Below are positions 12,550 through 23,469 of a DNA stretch of 64,000 nt, in pieces. Position numbers and translations under genes: made by a program. Source of the stretch: Haplodiscus bocki (Eukaryota); NCBI GenBank assembly GCA_965655095.1, contig OZ296651.1, positions 52,204,001-52,268,000 on the forward strand, written 5' to 3'. The notes beneath the pieces were generated by a model. That model was given only the letters and a program-made list of their open reading frames with translations, did no database searches and was not told the DNA's origin. Every line of letters begins with the position of its first letter. Positions within the stretch are counted from its first letter, which is position 1.

Positions 12550-15500
12550 ACCAAAAGTCACATGGACTGCTGTATGATGTGAAACTCATGTGAATTCAAA
12601 GCACAATGCTACTCACATCACAAACAAGTCCTCAATCATGCAATGATTCAAAGATTCAAAGTCGACTGCAGCTGTTTCCTTTTTCAAAACTACTCCTTCA
12701 ATTAATCCTCCAGTCACTTCAAAACAAAAAGTAGATTGTTTCAATCTTGAAAATATTTCAAATAGTCGGCAGCAGCACTTTTCATTTTCGACTGAACTCG
12801 ACGGATCAATTCTGAAGTCATTTGAATCCCTGCGACTCTGATTATCTGAATCATATGTTATTTTTTTTTCGGAATTCTTCTTTCGAGGTGATTAAACAAC
12901 TCCTCAGCCCGTTTCTTTTTGTCAGAATGTGAATTCCTGTTTGTAAACGTTTGCAAAGATAGAAAGAATTTTTCCCACATTGATTTCGGCACAACGCTAG
13001 ATTTCCTTTTGATTGGCTTCTTTGACAAATTGGAATCGGAGCGCTGAGACAAATATTCTGAGTCTGACTTTTCATCTTCCTCATATGAGTTGTCCCACAC
13101 GGATCCGCTACTCCCATCTTCTTCCGGTTCAGGGGTTTTTCTCTTCGAAATATTTCTCCGACTTCTGGAGCTTTGTTCACAGGTTTTAATTTGATGATTT
13201 TTATGCAACGGTGTAGATTCTTCTGATAGGGAATTTGAGGAGTTTTTCGTTTCCTGCGGAGTTGAGGTTGGGAATTCAATTTGAAACACTGTTTACTCCT
13301 CGACAGACGACTTTTGTAATTCAGAAAGTTCGCTCTAGTAAGCTCGGAGAGCCTCTATTTTATCAACTGGAACGAAGTATTAATCGCAGGCAGTGCTTGC
13401 ACTTTGACCTGTCTGTAGCAGATGAGAGTTGATCACTCAATTTTTGCTAGAGAATATAGTGATTCACTTGATTGAAGGTTTTACAGAAGTTCAAATGTAT
13501 CGCATACGCTTTTTCATTGGAATCAACCCATCCGAAAATTTCATCGAAAAACGAAACTAGTTTAAAAGTACGTAATCTAGACTTTCGAAAACCAAATTGA
13601 TGGGAAGTTTACTTATTCTTCATATGCCTGGAGACAGTAGCATAAATGATTTCTTCGCATGCTAAGGATAAATTAGAGAGAGATGCAATGGGAAGTTAAT
13701 TTTCACAGTCAGTTTCCGGATCATCCTTGTCAATAGGAGTAATGACGTCACTTTCCCCCATGAAAGACACCAAGTTGTAGAAATGGATAGAAAGACTGTT
13801 CCAACTCTTTCGTAGGACTTGACCAGGCATGAGGTCAGGTCCCAGTCCATGATTTGACGCATTCAGAGCATCTTTTGTTTTTTCAATTGAGATATCAGCT
13901 TCGTTCTACTCGTTATCTGTGGAATCATTGAAATAGTTGCTTGTCGCGTTGAACAATGCAACAAAAAAATGCTGAAGGCAAATGAAACAGCGTGGCATCC
14001 AGTCATTGTTTGTTTTTCAGGGTCAATCAATTCCTCCGGAACATGAGATTTCTCTAGGTTTGCTCAGCAATTCATACCACTCATTCGCATCACATCTGGT
14101 GCTACTGAAGTTTTCCCTGTAGAAAAATATGTCAAGTTCAATGGAGGTTTCCAGTTCGTTGTATAAGTTGTGGTAGACCAGAATGTTCTCCAATTCGAAG
14201 CTATTAAAAAAAGCGTTTGATTTCTGATTGAAGACAATTAAGACAATGGATAGTGTGAGAAATCAGATAGCCCACCAGGAAGCTTCTCCGTTTCGTTTTT
14301 GAGTCAGGAACGTGTTCAAAATGGTTTCAAAAGTTTATAGCCAATCATCGAACAGGTTGTCAGAAACTTTTAGAAGGTATATCTTAAACGAGAAAAGAGA
14401 TGTACATAAATTGATATGAATTGATTGTATCTTGGAAGCTGAGTGACTGTAAGGTCTGAAATCAGATTCAATTGACAAAGTTGAGGAGCATCTAGGGATG
14501 ATTTCATGATATATTCAAATGATCGGAAACAACTAGATCCTTGTCAATGCATAGGATTTCAGGAGAGTCGTAATCGGTAAAAACTGGGTCCAAAACGTTC
14601 TCAAACTTTGGGTTAGTTCAGTAACTTTTTGATTGAATTTGTTGGTAGTAAGGAAGTTCCAGGTTTCTGAGAAAGTTTTGTCACCAATGACAGGAAAATG
14701 AGCCCAATATTCGTCTGGTAGGTTGAAGTCAACCGTAAAAAGCACCTTTTGAGTTGACTGCTCCCAGAGTACTGCCAGACGGAAGATAACCAGCTAATTA
14801 TAAATTCGTCTGAAACACGATTTTCGCTGGTATCCGGAACGTTATACTCTACAACAACATCATACTTATCAAGTGGGATTCCGTAGCAAAATGTACTCTC
14901 GGGTCCTGCTGTTTGGCTGTTGATTTTTTTTTTAAACTAGGAAAGCCACTCCTCCGTCTTGATAACTTGGACGCTCAGCTGTTGGTATGATTGAATAGGC
15001 CGCTGTAGGGAGTGTATTATCTGAAAAAGTTTATCCCACCAAGTTCCGGTTAGGCAGAGTGTGTCCGATAGTCTCGATTGAAGGACAAAGGCAAGGTGGT
15101 GTCTTTTCTCCAGAGATGAAATACTACGATAATTCAAAAGATAGATATGAGAGAAATTTTCATATTGCTTTAGTCATTTAGTTTCTACAAACTCATCATT
15201 CTGGTAGGGATTCAGTTTTTTTTAACTTCAGACAATGCAACCTATAACTCTTCTGATTAATTCGAAGCGCTTTGCAAGCAAAAGTCTTTCCATAATAAGA
15301 TCCGTCGCGAAAATTCAGCGGTAATCAGATTGTTTTTGGCGAGAAGGAGTTTTTTCTCCAAAACTTTTGCGAAGACTTTCCGGGCGTCTCAAACAAACCG
15401 AACGTTACAAGAACGTTTTCCTTTCTTCTTTTATTTCTGTCAAACTTACCAAGGCGCTGGATTTCACTGACTTTCTCATTGCAATTCCATTCCTGAATAT

Positions 15501-16062
15501 CTTGTTTAACTTTTTTTTATCACGAAAGTATCCTTCGATGAAAAACTTCGAGTCTAGTTCAGCTAGTCCAGATAATCTGACTTTTTAGTGATAAGTTTTG
15601 TCTGCAAGATTCGACTTTATCAGGACTGTGGAAAAATGTTTTTCCGTTAAATAGCTTCCTTTCGGCATGTTGTTCCGTAACTTCTGTTGAAGCCTTTTTT
15701 TAACGTTTTTTGTTGTTTCGGTTCTGAGTATTTCGGAAGACGATTCTTTCATTTTGTCAAAAATTGATTTTTTTGCCACTACAGGAATCACAGAAGTAAG
15801 AAAAGTTTTCAGTCGAAAATAAGAGAACGAAATGTTCTTCTCGTACTTTGAGGCACTGGGAATGGAGCTAGTTGGAACACTTTTCTCATCATATCCAGTC
15901 TGCTGTTTTTTGAGATCTTTGGCTGAGTTGATAGAGTCAATGATCCACAGCATGTTGCCCCAGTTATCCATCCGTTGCAATGGCCCGTCGTACTCACTGT
16001 TGAAAGTGGAGACTGCAGCACTTCTTGTGAGAACCATCATCAAGTTTTCATAAAGCCGGAAA
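12550..16062 (-). mobile_element. Degenerate CR1/L2-like LINE (ORF1 remnant + endonuclease + RT N-terminus)
   Basis: ORF1-like MVLTRS... in the 15585-16100 ORF, DTLCLTGTW at ~15070-15040, TGPDLMP at ~13845 and VDFES at ~12665; heavily disrupted. Confidence 0.55.
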
Positions 16063-16610
16063 GGGAGCAGGTCACTTGCTATAATATAGCAAATGAGCAA
16101 AATGGATCCTATAATATAGCAAGTCGCTTGCTATAATTTTATTATAGCAAGTGACCTTCTATATTATAGCAAGTAACTATTTATTTTATTATTTTATAGC
16201 AACTGACCAATATTCAAAAATTTTGTTATGAGCGTTAAAATATATACATTCAAACACTTGTGGCTGCTCTGTTGTCTCTGCGACTCCCGGGGTTTCTTTC
16301 TCTCGGAATTGCATTGACATATTGCATGTTGTGGTATTATTTATAGGCGAAATCAGTCGTGTTATGAATACTGTTTGAAGTGCCCAATTCATAGCAAATG
16401 GCAAATGTTCGAAGGGTTACGGTTAGGGTTAGTGTTAGTATGGAATTTTGACATTTTTTGATGTTATATTTGCTCTAAAATTTGGTCTTTTGCTAAAAAA
16501 TTTTTGGTCACTTGCTATAAAGTTATTGTTCACTTGCTATAATCTATATTATAGCAAGTGACCAGCTATAATTATAGCAAGTGACAAGATATAGCAAGTG
16601 ACCTGTAGCC
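16063..16610. mobile_element. MITE (GG termini, 8-bp TSD; Mutator- or Merlin-like)
   Basis: TSD gccggaaa at 16055-16062 and 16611-16618. TIR GGgagCAGGTCACTTGCTATA vs reverse complement of right end GGctaCAGGTCACTTGCTATA. Many internal tatagcaagtgac repeats in both orientations. Confidence 0.9.
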
Positions 16611-16643
16611 GCCGGAAACATTTTAAGTTTCACAACAATAAGG

Positions 16644-17200
16644 CTATGCATTTAGAATTGTGATGAGATCTTCAGGTTGTTTCTTGCAGATGGTGATTTT
16701 TTTGTACGATTTTCTTCAACAAAAGAAGTATTTGGTTGGTAGATTCTCAGTTTTGAGTCATCGATCGTTTCTGTTTTGTAATGTGATTCTTTTGAATTGA
16801 ACTGTAATAAACATTCGTTCTGAAGCTAGGCAGAAACGGTAGGGGTTCGATTTCCCTTTGGGTGCCAAGATGAAACCATTGCCATATTGTCTGGGGTAAT
16901 ACAAAGAAGACGATAATGATTCCGAACAATGATTTCTTGCTGTTTGCTGATTTTGGTCGCTTGAATACAACAAATATCAATATCGTAGGCTTTGGCATCA
17001 TCCACGAGATAATTTTTCTTCACTTGATCTGTTTTTCCTCGAACATCGAAGGATGTGATAGACAAAAGTTTTGCATTTTTTCGTGCGAAACGAAATGAAA
17101 TGCCAGGAAGCGACCGAAGTAAAATTAGCAGAGTTTTCAGCTGGGTTTTCGGCTTCTTTCTCAGTTTGCTGTTTTTACTTGTTTGCTGTTCAGTCGACGT
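16644..17200 (-). mobile_element. Degenerate RTE-like element, 5' part (APE endonuclease N-half)
   Basis: SITSFDVRG, YDIDICCIQATK and LITILNA at the junction; continues at 11250 once the inserted block is removed. Confidence 0.7.
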
Positions 17201-17665
17201 TGGTAATTGTTTTATTTAGAAGGTGGAGCAATAGAGTGATTTCGGTTTTGCTTGCTCCTCAATAGGATTTTTGGTTCGAGAACATGGATAATTGAATTCG
17301 GGCTGAATTTCAATCCTTTTGCTGTGAAAGAGATGCAGGATAAGGTCTCGATGTTTTTCAGGGGCTGCTAGATGTAATTCGAGGGTATGTTAAAAATCAT
17401 TAAAAGGTCTGGGTTCATTCAATATAGAGGCGTGAGACATGTCTGTGGTTTGTACTAGGGTTCAGTTCTCTGGTTCAAGTCAACTGCAAATACACAGTAT
17501 GTGAAAGGGAATGGACAAATCGAAATAAGTTTATCACAAGTTTTCGGTATCGCTGCTTGGAAATGTCCTTGCAGAATGTTCTTAAAATGTGCCTGTTGTT
17601 AAAAAAACACTGTAAATTATTTGTCATCATGTTTTCGTTTGTGTTGACTCGTCTCAATTCAGTCT

Positions 17666-17760
17666 TTTAGTAGTAGTAGTAGGAAAATTTTATTCGCGTC
17701 GTTCATTGCCCGGCTTCGTCACGAGTGCCATCGTAAAGGAGGTGAAGCTCTGATGGAAGT
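17666..17760 (-). mobile_element. Retroposon 3' end (AATAAA + (CTA)n tail)
   Basis: The minus strand reads ...gacgcgAATAAAattttcCTACTACTACTACTA. Confidence 0.4.
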
Positions 17761-18316
17761 GAAAGTTCTGTCGCTAATAATTTGACATGCTTTCAATATC
17801 GATTCCGCCTATGTACTCAAATTATGTATAAAAATTTGCGTATATCAGGGCTCAGATTGTAATGTCTTTCCTCCAATACACGTTAAACCCATTTGTTTCG
17901 CATTGGACTGTACAACACGGTGAGGACGTTTTGCAGCGTACGGACGCTATACCACAGACTAAGTTCCTTAGCTCGTCGGATTGTTACCTCATACGGCCTT
18001 CTTCTCAGCCAAAGGCGTCGTTCTTGGTGTTTTTAAAAAAATTTACCAGCCTCAAAGTTTTCCTTTTAATCAAAACTTTTGTCTTGGGAAAACCATCCTC
18101 AACATGAATATGAACTGTGATTTATCTGAACCTCTAATTCGCTGAAGTGACCCAGTAAAGATTACATTTGGGCAATTTTCAGTCTAATGGGAGATTTTGT
18201 AATGGTTTGGAATTGAAACGCGGACTTTTTAGTGTGAAATGTATGTCATGCACTGATTCTCTTCGACATCGGCACCCGAAGTGATGCTCTTTGATTCAAA
18301 ATAATTACACTCATAG

Positions 18317-19165
18317 ATGCAATGTGCAGGTGACATTTTGGCAATAAAGAAAATGCTATTCAGTTCTGTTGATAAAAATTTCAACGTCGTCGACCCGGAG
18401 ACTATTTCAAAAGTCCTCTGTGCTTTGGAAGATTACCCGGTGACAAAGCTTGTCTTGGAGCAAACCCGGATTGGAAAGTGTATTAATGAACTCCGGAAAA
18501 AGACTTCAGATGAGTCCCTTAAAAGACGCGCAAAACAGCTGGTCAAGAAGTGGAGACAGTTGATAGAAGCGCATGCTAGCAAGACTACGGTCTTATCCCA
18601 CAGTAATCATTCACGTCCACAACCTCGACACAACAGATCGGCAATAACACACGACCATTCAAATTCTTGCTCCCCTGAATCTGACCCCTGCTCCTCGCCT
18701 CAGGTCACGTGGGTGAAACATGACAATGGTTTGAAACAACCAGAAGTACTTTGTTCTTGCGCCTCAATTGAAGAGCACCGTATCAAATGTGAACAACTTT
18801 ATAATCATGTATGTAACAAGCATTCGGATACAAATAACCACGACCAGGAGATATCAACTGTATTCATTAACGGTGATACGGAAAGCCATTGCTCGCTCGA
18901 GCCAAGTTGTGGCCAAGTTGTGACAACTCCGGAACCCCCGAAAGCTACAATCCGTATTGCCTATGCGTCAACTCATGATGGCGTCATTGATGACCTTGCA
19001 TCCAAAACTAACAATCCTTGCCCCAGCCGCTTGTTGACTTCAAACGCTGTAGGTGTCACAGGTAATTTCAACAGGACTGGTTCTTTTAAGGAATGGAACG
19101 AAGTGCTTGAGATGGGCTCGAACGACGATCCCCTTTATGTTTTGCCATACACTGTGATCGATTGA
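18317..19165 (+). CDS. MED26: Mediator of RNA polymerase II transcription subunit 26
   Basis: N-terminal TFIIS-N/LW domain (LEDYPVTKLVLEQTRIGKCINELRKKT...AKQLVKKWRQLI, matching MED26 [27 protein letters not shown]...W). Diagnostic Med26 C-terminus GVTGNFNRTGSFKEWNE...LYVLPYTVID. Uninterrupted 282-aa ORF. Confidence 0.95.
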   Translation: MQCAGDILAIKKMLFSSVDKNFNVVDPETISKVLCALEDYPVTKLVLEQTRIGKCINELRKKTSDESLKRRAKQLVKKWRQLIEAHASKTTVLSHSNHSRPQPRHNRSAITHDHSNSCSPESDPCSSPQVTWVKHDNGLKQPEVLCSCASIEEHRIKCEQLYNHVCNKHSDTNNHDQEISTVFINGDTESHCSLEPSCGQVVTTPEPPKATIRIAYASTHDGVIDDLASKTNNPCPSRLLTSNAVGVTGNFNRTGSFKEWNEVLEMGSNDDPLYVLPYTVID

Positions 19166-20044
19166 TTGATTTTCCTACGTGCAATTCAACAGCAGGGACG
19201 CTCGGCATCAATCGCGTATGACTTGATTTGCCAGTGCGGTCAATGCATTTATGTTCAGTTTTTTGCAGCCAATAAGTTTACTGAACTGTCCTGGTGCTAA
19301 CTTAAATGTGGAAGTTTACATTACATAGGTGTCCATTTGGTTTTTTCCATTATTCATTTTGCAGAGTAAACACAACAAACACGTAAACCCTGTGTGCTGT
19401 TTTAGAAAGTTATGATGAATGATAGTCAGTCAGTATCTTTTACAAGTCAGTTCTCGTTTTAGCTGAGAACCAGGAGATAGCAGGCGGCGACAGGTGCATT
19501 TTCATTTTTGATCATTCAATTTAAAGGTGTTCAATTTACAATGAATAGCTTCATTTCTGTTCTAGTGAATATTTTCGCCGTAACAAGTTTGCGCATTGCG
19601 ATGCTTTATACTTATTTGAATATATTATTGATATTGAACTTGTTTGATACAAAAATCAGTTTCTATTCAAATCTTTTTTGATGATGACTAACAAAAGGCT
19701 TCAATTTCCATTCTAAGTGAAATTACGCGTGATCAAATTATTTTTGTTTCTCAATTTTTTATGGATCCTGTACTCAATTCACTTAGTACTGGATGCAAAC
19801 GTCACACATGTAAAGTTGTTGAATGCATTATGTAAGATTTATTGTGGGAAAGCATATCGGGTACATCTTCTCTCTTTGTGTAACTCTCAAACAGAATCGA
19901 ACTTTTCCTAATTTAACCAAAGTGCCACATTGTGGCTTCTCTTATGCACACTCAAACTTTGATTATTTCCCAAAACTTTCTTGTTTACTGCAGTGCAATA
20001 AAGTCGATTTTGTCTACAAACGAATTACTTTTTATTTTTGCAAC

Positions 20045-20184
20045 ATGAAGCCCGAAGAAATGACCGCTGTACAGGAACGACGCTTCCGGAAAAGTGTTGA
20101 TTACTTCCGGAAGAATCGGGAAATATATGTGCGAAGAATCAAGAAGATTTTAGAAGAATATAAAAATTCTGTTGTTTCTGAGAG
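20045..20184 (+). CDS. Putative Scm3/HJURP-like CENP-A chaperone, exon 1
   Basis: caacATG start; encodes MKPEEMTAVQERRFRKSVDYFRKNREIYVRRIKKILEEYKNSVVSE. Phase-2 donor AG|GTTTGA at 20185, with an alternative phase-0 donor CTG|GTTAGA at 20213. Confidence 0.7.
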
Positions 20185-20270
20185 GTTTGAAAGTGATGAC
20201 GTAGATTTGCTGGTTAGATTTTTGACTTGACTCATTTCGATTTTGAACCTAACCAAATCCTCGATGCCAG

Positions 20271-20336
20271 TTTATTTTCTGCTTCGAGTATGAACAGACT
20301 CCCTCGTCCTTTTTTGGAAATTAAGAGTACGGATAG
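20271..20336 (+). CDS. Possible 66-nt cassette exon of the Scm3/HJURP-like gene
   Basis: Branch-like CCTAAC at ~20249 and acceptor ccag|; open in phase 2 (SLFSASSMNRLPRPFLEIKSTDR). Requires a GC donor AG|GCAAAG. Confidence 0.35.
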
Positions 20337-20441
20337 GCAAAGATTGAGAAACGTGGTGATTGTGACACTATGATTTTCCCGTTTTTTTGATATCAAACAC
20401 ATTGAAAATCCGATACATTCCGCGCCGCATTGTTTTCACAG

Positions 20442-20510
20442 ATTCCATACTAAGTTGGCCATCGCCGTGATCAATCTAAAAAACCAGTATGGAATTTCGA
20501 AATTTATCCC
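20442..20510 (+). CDS. Putative Scm3/HJURP-like gene, internal exon
   Basis: Strong sites tgttttcacag| and cc|GTAAGT; open in phase 2 (FHTKLAIAVINLKNQYGISKFIP) and phase-compatible with both neighbours. Confidence 0.65.
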
Positions 20511-20600
20511 GTAAGTGATTACGGAGTTTTTCAAAACCGAAACTTTAATCGGTACAAAAGTCTCCCGAGAAAATTATTCCTTGACCAACTGGTCGTTTAG

Positions 20601-21837
20601 TTTTGAACGTGTTGACCAACCTTTTTTGCAGCAGTCTTTTGATGCTCTGAGTATCAAACCGAACCCTATGTCAGACAAGATGTACGGCATTCCGCAGCCT
20701 CCGGCAATGCTCAATTTTGCAGCGAACGCGATGACGGCCGGGGGCACAGACAACTCACTTTTCACCTCATGGCCTGTAGTGGGCGTGGAGACGACAGTGA
20801 ATGAAAATCAGTTCAGTTTCGGAATGCCGACACCGTCTACGATGATGAATATGCCAATGAACTCAAATGACCAGTCTACTCAGTCATTTGGCTACAACTA
20901 TGGAATGACTCCGTTCTACCCGAACTTTTCCGCGTACTGCGGGTGCGCGGACTGCCTGAACAAGCCAAACTTGTATGTAGGGGTAAATGCGTATCATGGA
21001 ATTTATTCATCTGACGAGAGCTCCTCTACTGTACAGAAACCTCCGGTAGGATCAAATCAGCAATCCAAGGAGCACAACCGAAGTGTAGCGCCGTTTCACT
21101 ACTCATCCGGTGACTCCAGCGAACTCGATTCTGATGCACACTTTGAACTTCAACGTTTCTACGCCAGCGGAGCCAATCCAGCAGAAAATGTTCAGAACTC
21201 CGAAGGATCTGAGGAGTTCATTTCTACGCCTTCTTCGGAAAGCAGATCTGAGTCAAACACAAAACAGATCGAACAAGACTCCTCAAAATTGCAGCAAAAA
21301 TCTACATATCAGAGCGACAATAGAACTCCTTTCACTGCACTGACTAACGAGAACATTGATTACTACGCAAGTATGAATTCATTTCCTAATCAGCAAACTT
21401 CAAATACTACAAGCTTGTTTCCGAATTATAACAGAGCAGCAATCGGTGCAGGTGACGGGATTATGATGCCATACCGGCCCCCGCCTCCTCAAGCTGATCA
21501 GAGCAATCAAGTTTCCCTGCCCACTATGTGTGTGCCTCCTCAACAACCTCCAGTCATGATGTACAACAATACTTCACCATATGCGTTGCCCTACATGTCT
21601 TGGTCGCAAGGTGAGCCCTTGATGATGCCGACGCTGTTCACTCCCAACGCTGTGTCTGACGGAGACACTTCATATCAGTCTTCGATGAGACCTCCAATGA
21701 GAAGTGCTATCGGGAACCAGAATGTTTTCACTGGAGATGAGCGACCTTTAGGACACGATGAGCACAATCCTGACTACACGAATTGTTTTCCATCATCCAA
21801 TCCAAATGTCTCCAATGGAGGACAAGAATCGTACTAA
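20601..21837 (+). CDS. Putative Scm3/HJURP-like gene, terminal exon (low-complexity S/N/P/Q/M/Y-rich region)
   Basis: Lies in the 440-codon ORF 20515-21837 with raised GC. Acceptor gtcgtttag| at 20600 (phase 2) or ttttttgcag| at 20631 (phase 0). The all-canonical three-exon model is 140+69+1237 = 1446 nt, 481 aa. Confidence 0.85.
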
Positions 21838-23469
21838 TTCTCAAACTCAGCATCAAACTGAAACAAAACTGCCCACAAACATGATGATGATGAATGGAAA
21901 ATTTTTTTGAATTCAATTGAATCATGCCATATGGATCGTACTGCTTTGGATTCCTTTGTACTAAAAAGTGATCTGACTTGAAGTGGCTCTCAAATCTACA
22001 GATATTTCGAAACTCTAATTTTATCTGAATGCGATAACCAACCGAATGGTGTTTCCTCATCCTCCCACTCGCTGGGTCGTGCTCTTGAAAAACTTGCAAC
22101 CATGTCCCTGAAGGTAACGATGAATCGATGATATTATTGTCTTTTACGAAACTGTTGCATTCTTTTCTAGTGATTAGAAAACGTAATCACACTGCAAACA
22201 TTTAAGGCGCATTTACCTCAGCCTGTCCTCCGTTCCTCACGCTTGGTCACAATTGGATCGACCTTAAAGTTGATTTTCTCTCCAACACAACTTAAGCCTT
22301 AGAATTAGGAGCAAGCTTGAATTGTAATGGTCCTGCAAGGTGCTATGTTTTTTTTGTTTGTAAATAATAATGAAAGCCATGGAATAATTTTTAATTTTGT
22401 GAGAAGATCAATCTTGGCATTTGCATAAGTGATTTGATTGTTTCAACTATTGAGTGTTATCGGTCATTAGTTGAACGACGCCTTAGCTCTCAAATACTGA
22501 TGTAGATTTCTAAGTGGGAATTGGAAAACCCTCTTAGAAGGATGAAACACCGCGTCATATTTCCGTACTTTATAAAGTCGGCAAGTTCTCAGTTTTTAAC
22601 ATTGAATAAATCAGAGTTGCATGAAAAAATAAATTTGTTAAACAATGTCGAAATGTACTTTGGCCGTGCCGCAAGTTAACAAGCTGAGAAATTAACAAAT
22701 TCATAGTTTGGGTTGCTTCCACACAAAAACTCGGTACTCAAAACTTTAACGCAAAATAAATTGGTGCCTGGTATTTCAATTTTTTTGTAAAGTTATTTGG
22801 GTATTAGGAAAATCTACATCGTTTGTTTTTACTAGCTAAAGGGAATTACTGCTGGAGTTCATTTTTTCCAATGAAACCAAAGGCAGCTTTCATAGTAGTT
22901 TTAATGCTACCGAAAATCTGACAACGCACATGCCGCGTACCGAAACCGCTACCTATTTATTTGGAACCTTTTTTGTCTCACCCATCGTGGCAACACAGCT
23001 GGTAAATTTGGATTGAAAAATTTAGGATAAAACGAGTGGTATTATTTTTCTCGCCAAGTTTTTGTTGCACTGTCAAACTTTTTCTAGGCGAACTCCGCGG
23101 TACGTTTTACACGGCCTCGGAAACTGGCAATTGCCGACCTTTTTTTCCTGACAGTTTAAACTGGTACAAAGTGTAAAGGTTCAGTTGACTGCTTTTTAAC
23201 ATGTTTTCAGCTGATTATTTTAGTAACTATTTGACAATGAAATGGATAGTACCTTTTGGTGTAGTTACCACAAGAGGCTATGTTGTAAGATATTGCGCGT
23301 TCGAATCCTAGTTTTTGCTAATATTTTTCAATTTTTGGGTTATATTCTCAGAAAATGATAGTTTTTAAGCGAGCTAAGTGAAGCCACTAGACGCCAAAGC
23401 ACTAGAAAATTTAGGCATTAAGTCAATCTGAATGCCTAAAAAATTTAATTTTTCTTCACAAACGATGAT

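Noticed and set aside
12851-13289. Overlapping 142/143-aa ORFs as a host gene
   Set aside because: Low-complexity Ser/Glu/Lys sequence embedded in nested retroelement debris; more likely an ORF1-type remnant.
16414-16438. True telomere or chromosome-fusion scar
   Set aside because: Only four degenerate units, located inside a TSD-bounded MITE.
17700-17770. Hammerhead ribozyme (ctgatgg...gaaa)
   Set aside because: The core deviates from CUGAnGA and no stem II or convincing stems I/III can be formed; better explained as a retroposon 3' end on the minus strand.
19823-20044. N-terminal part of the 135-aa ORF as coding sequence
   Set aside because: AT-rich, UTR-like composition; the ATG at 20045 has good context and immediately precedes the conserved-looking helix.
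20515-20600. Start of the 440-aa ORF at the GTG 20515
   Set aside because: It lies inside a GTAAGT...AG intron (20511-20600); the ORF is a terminal exon, not a standalone gene.
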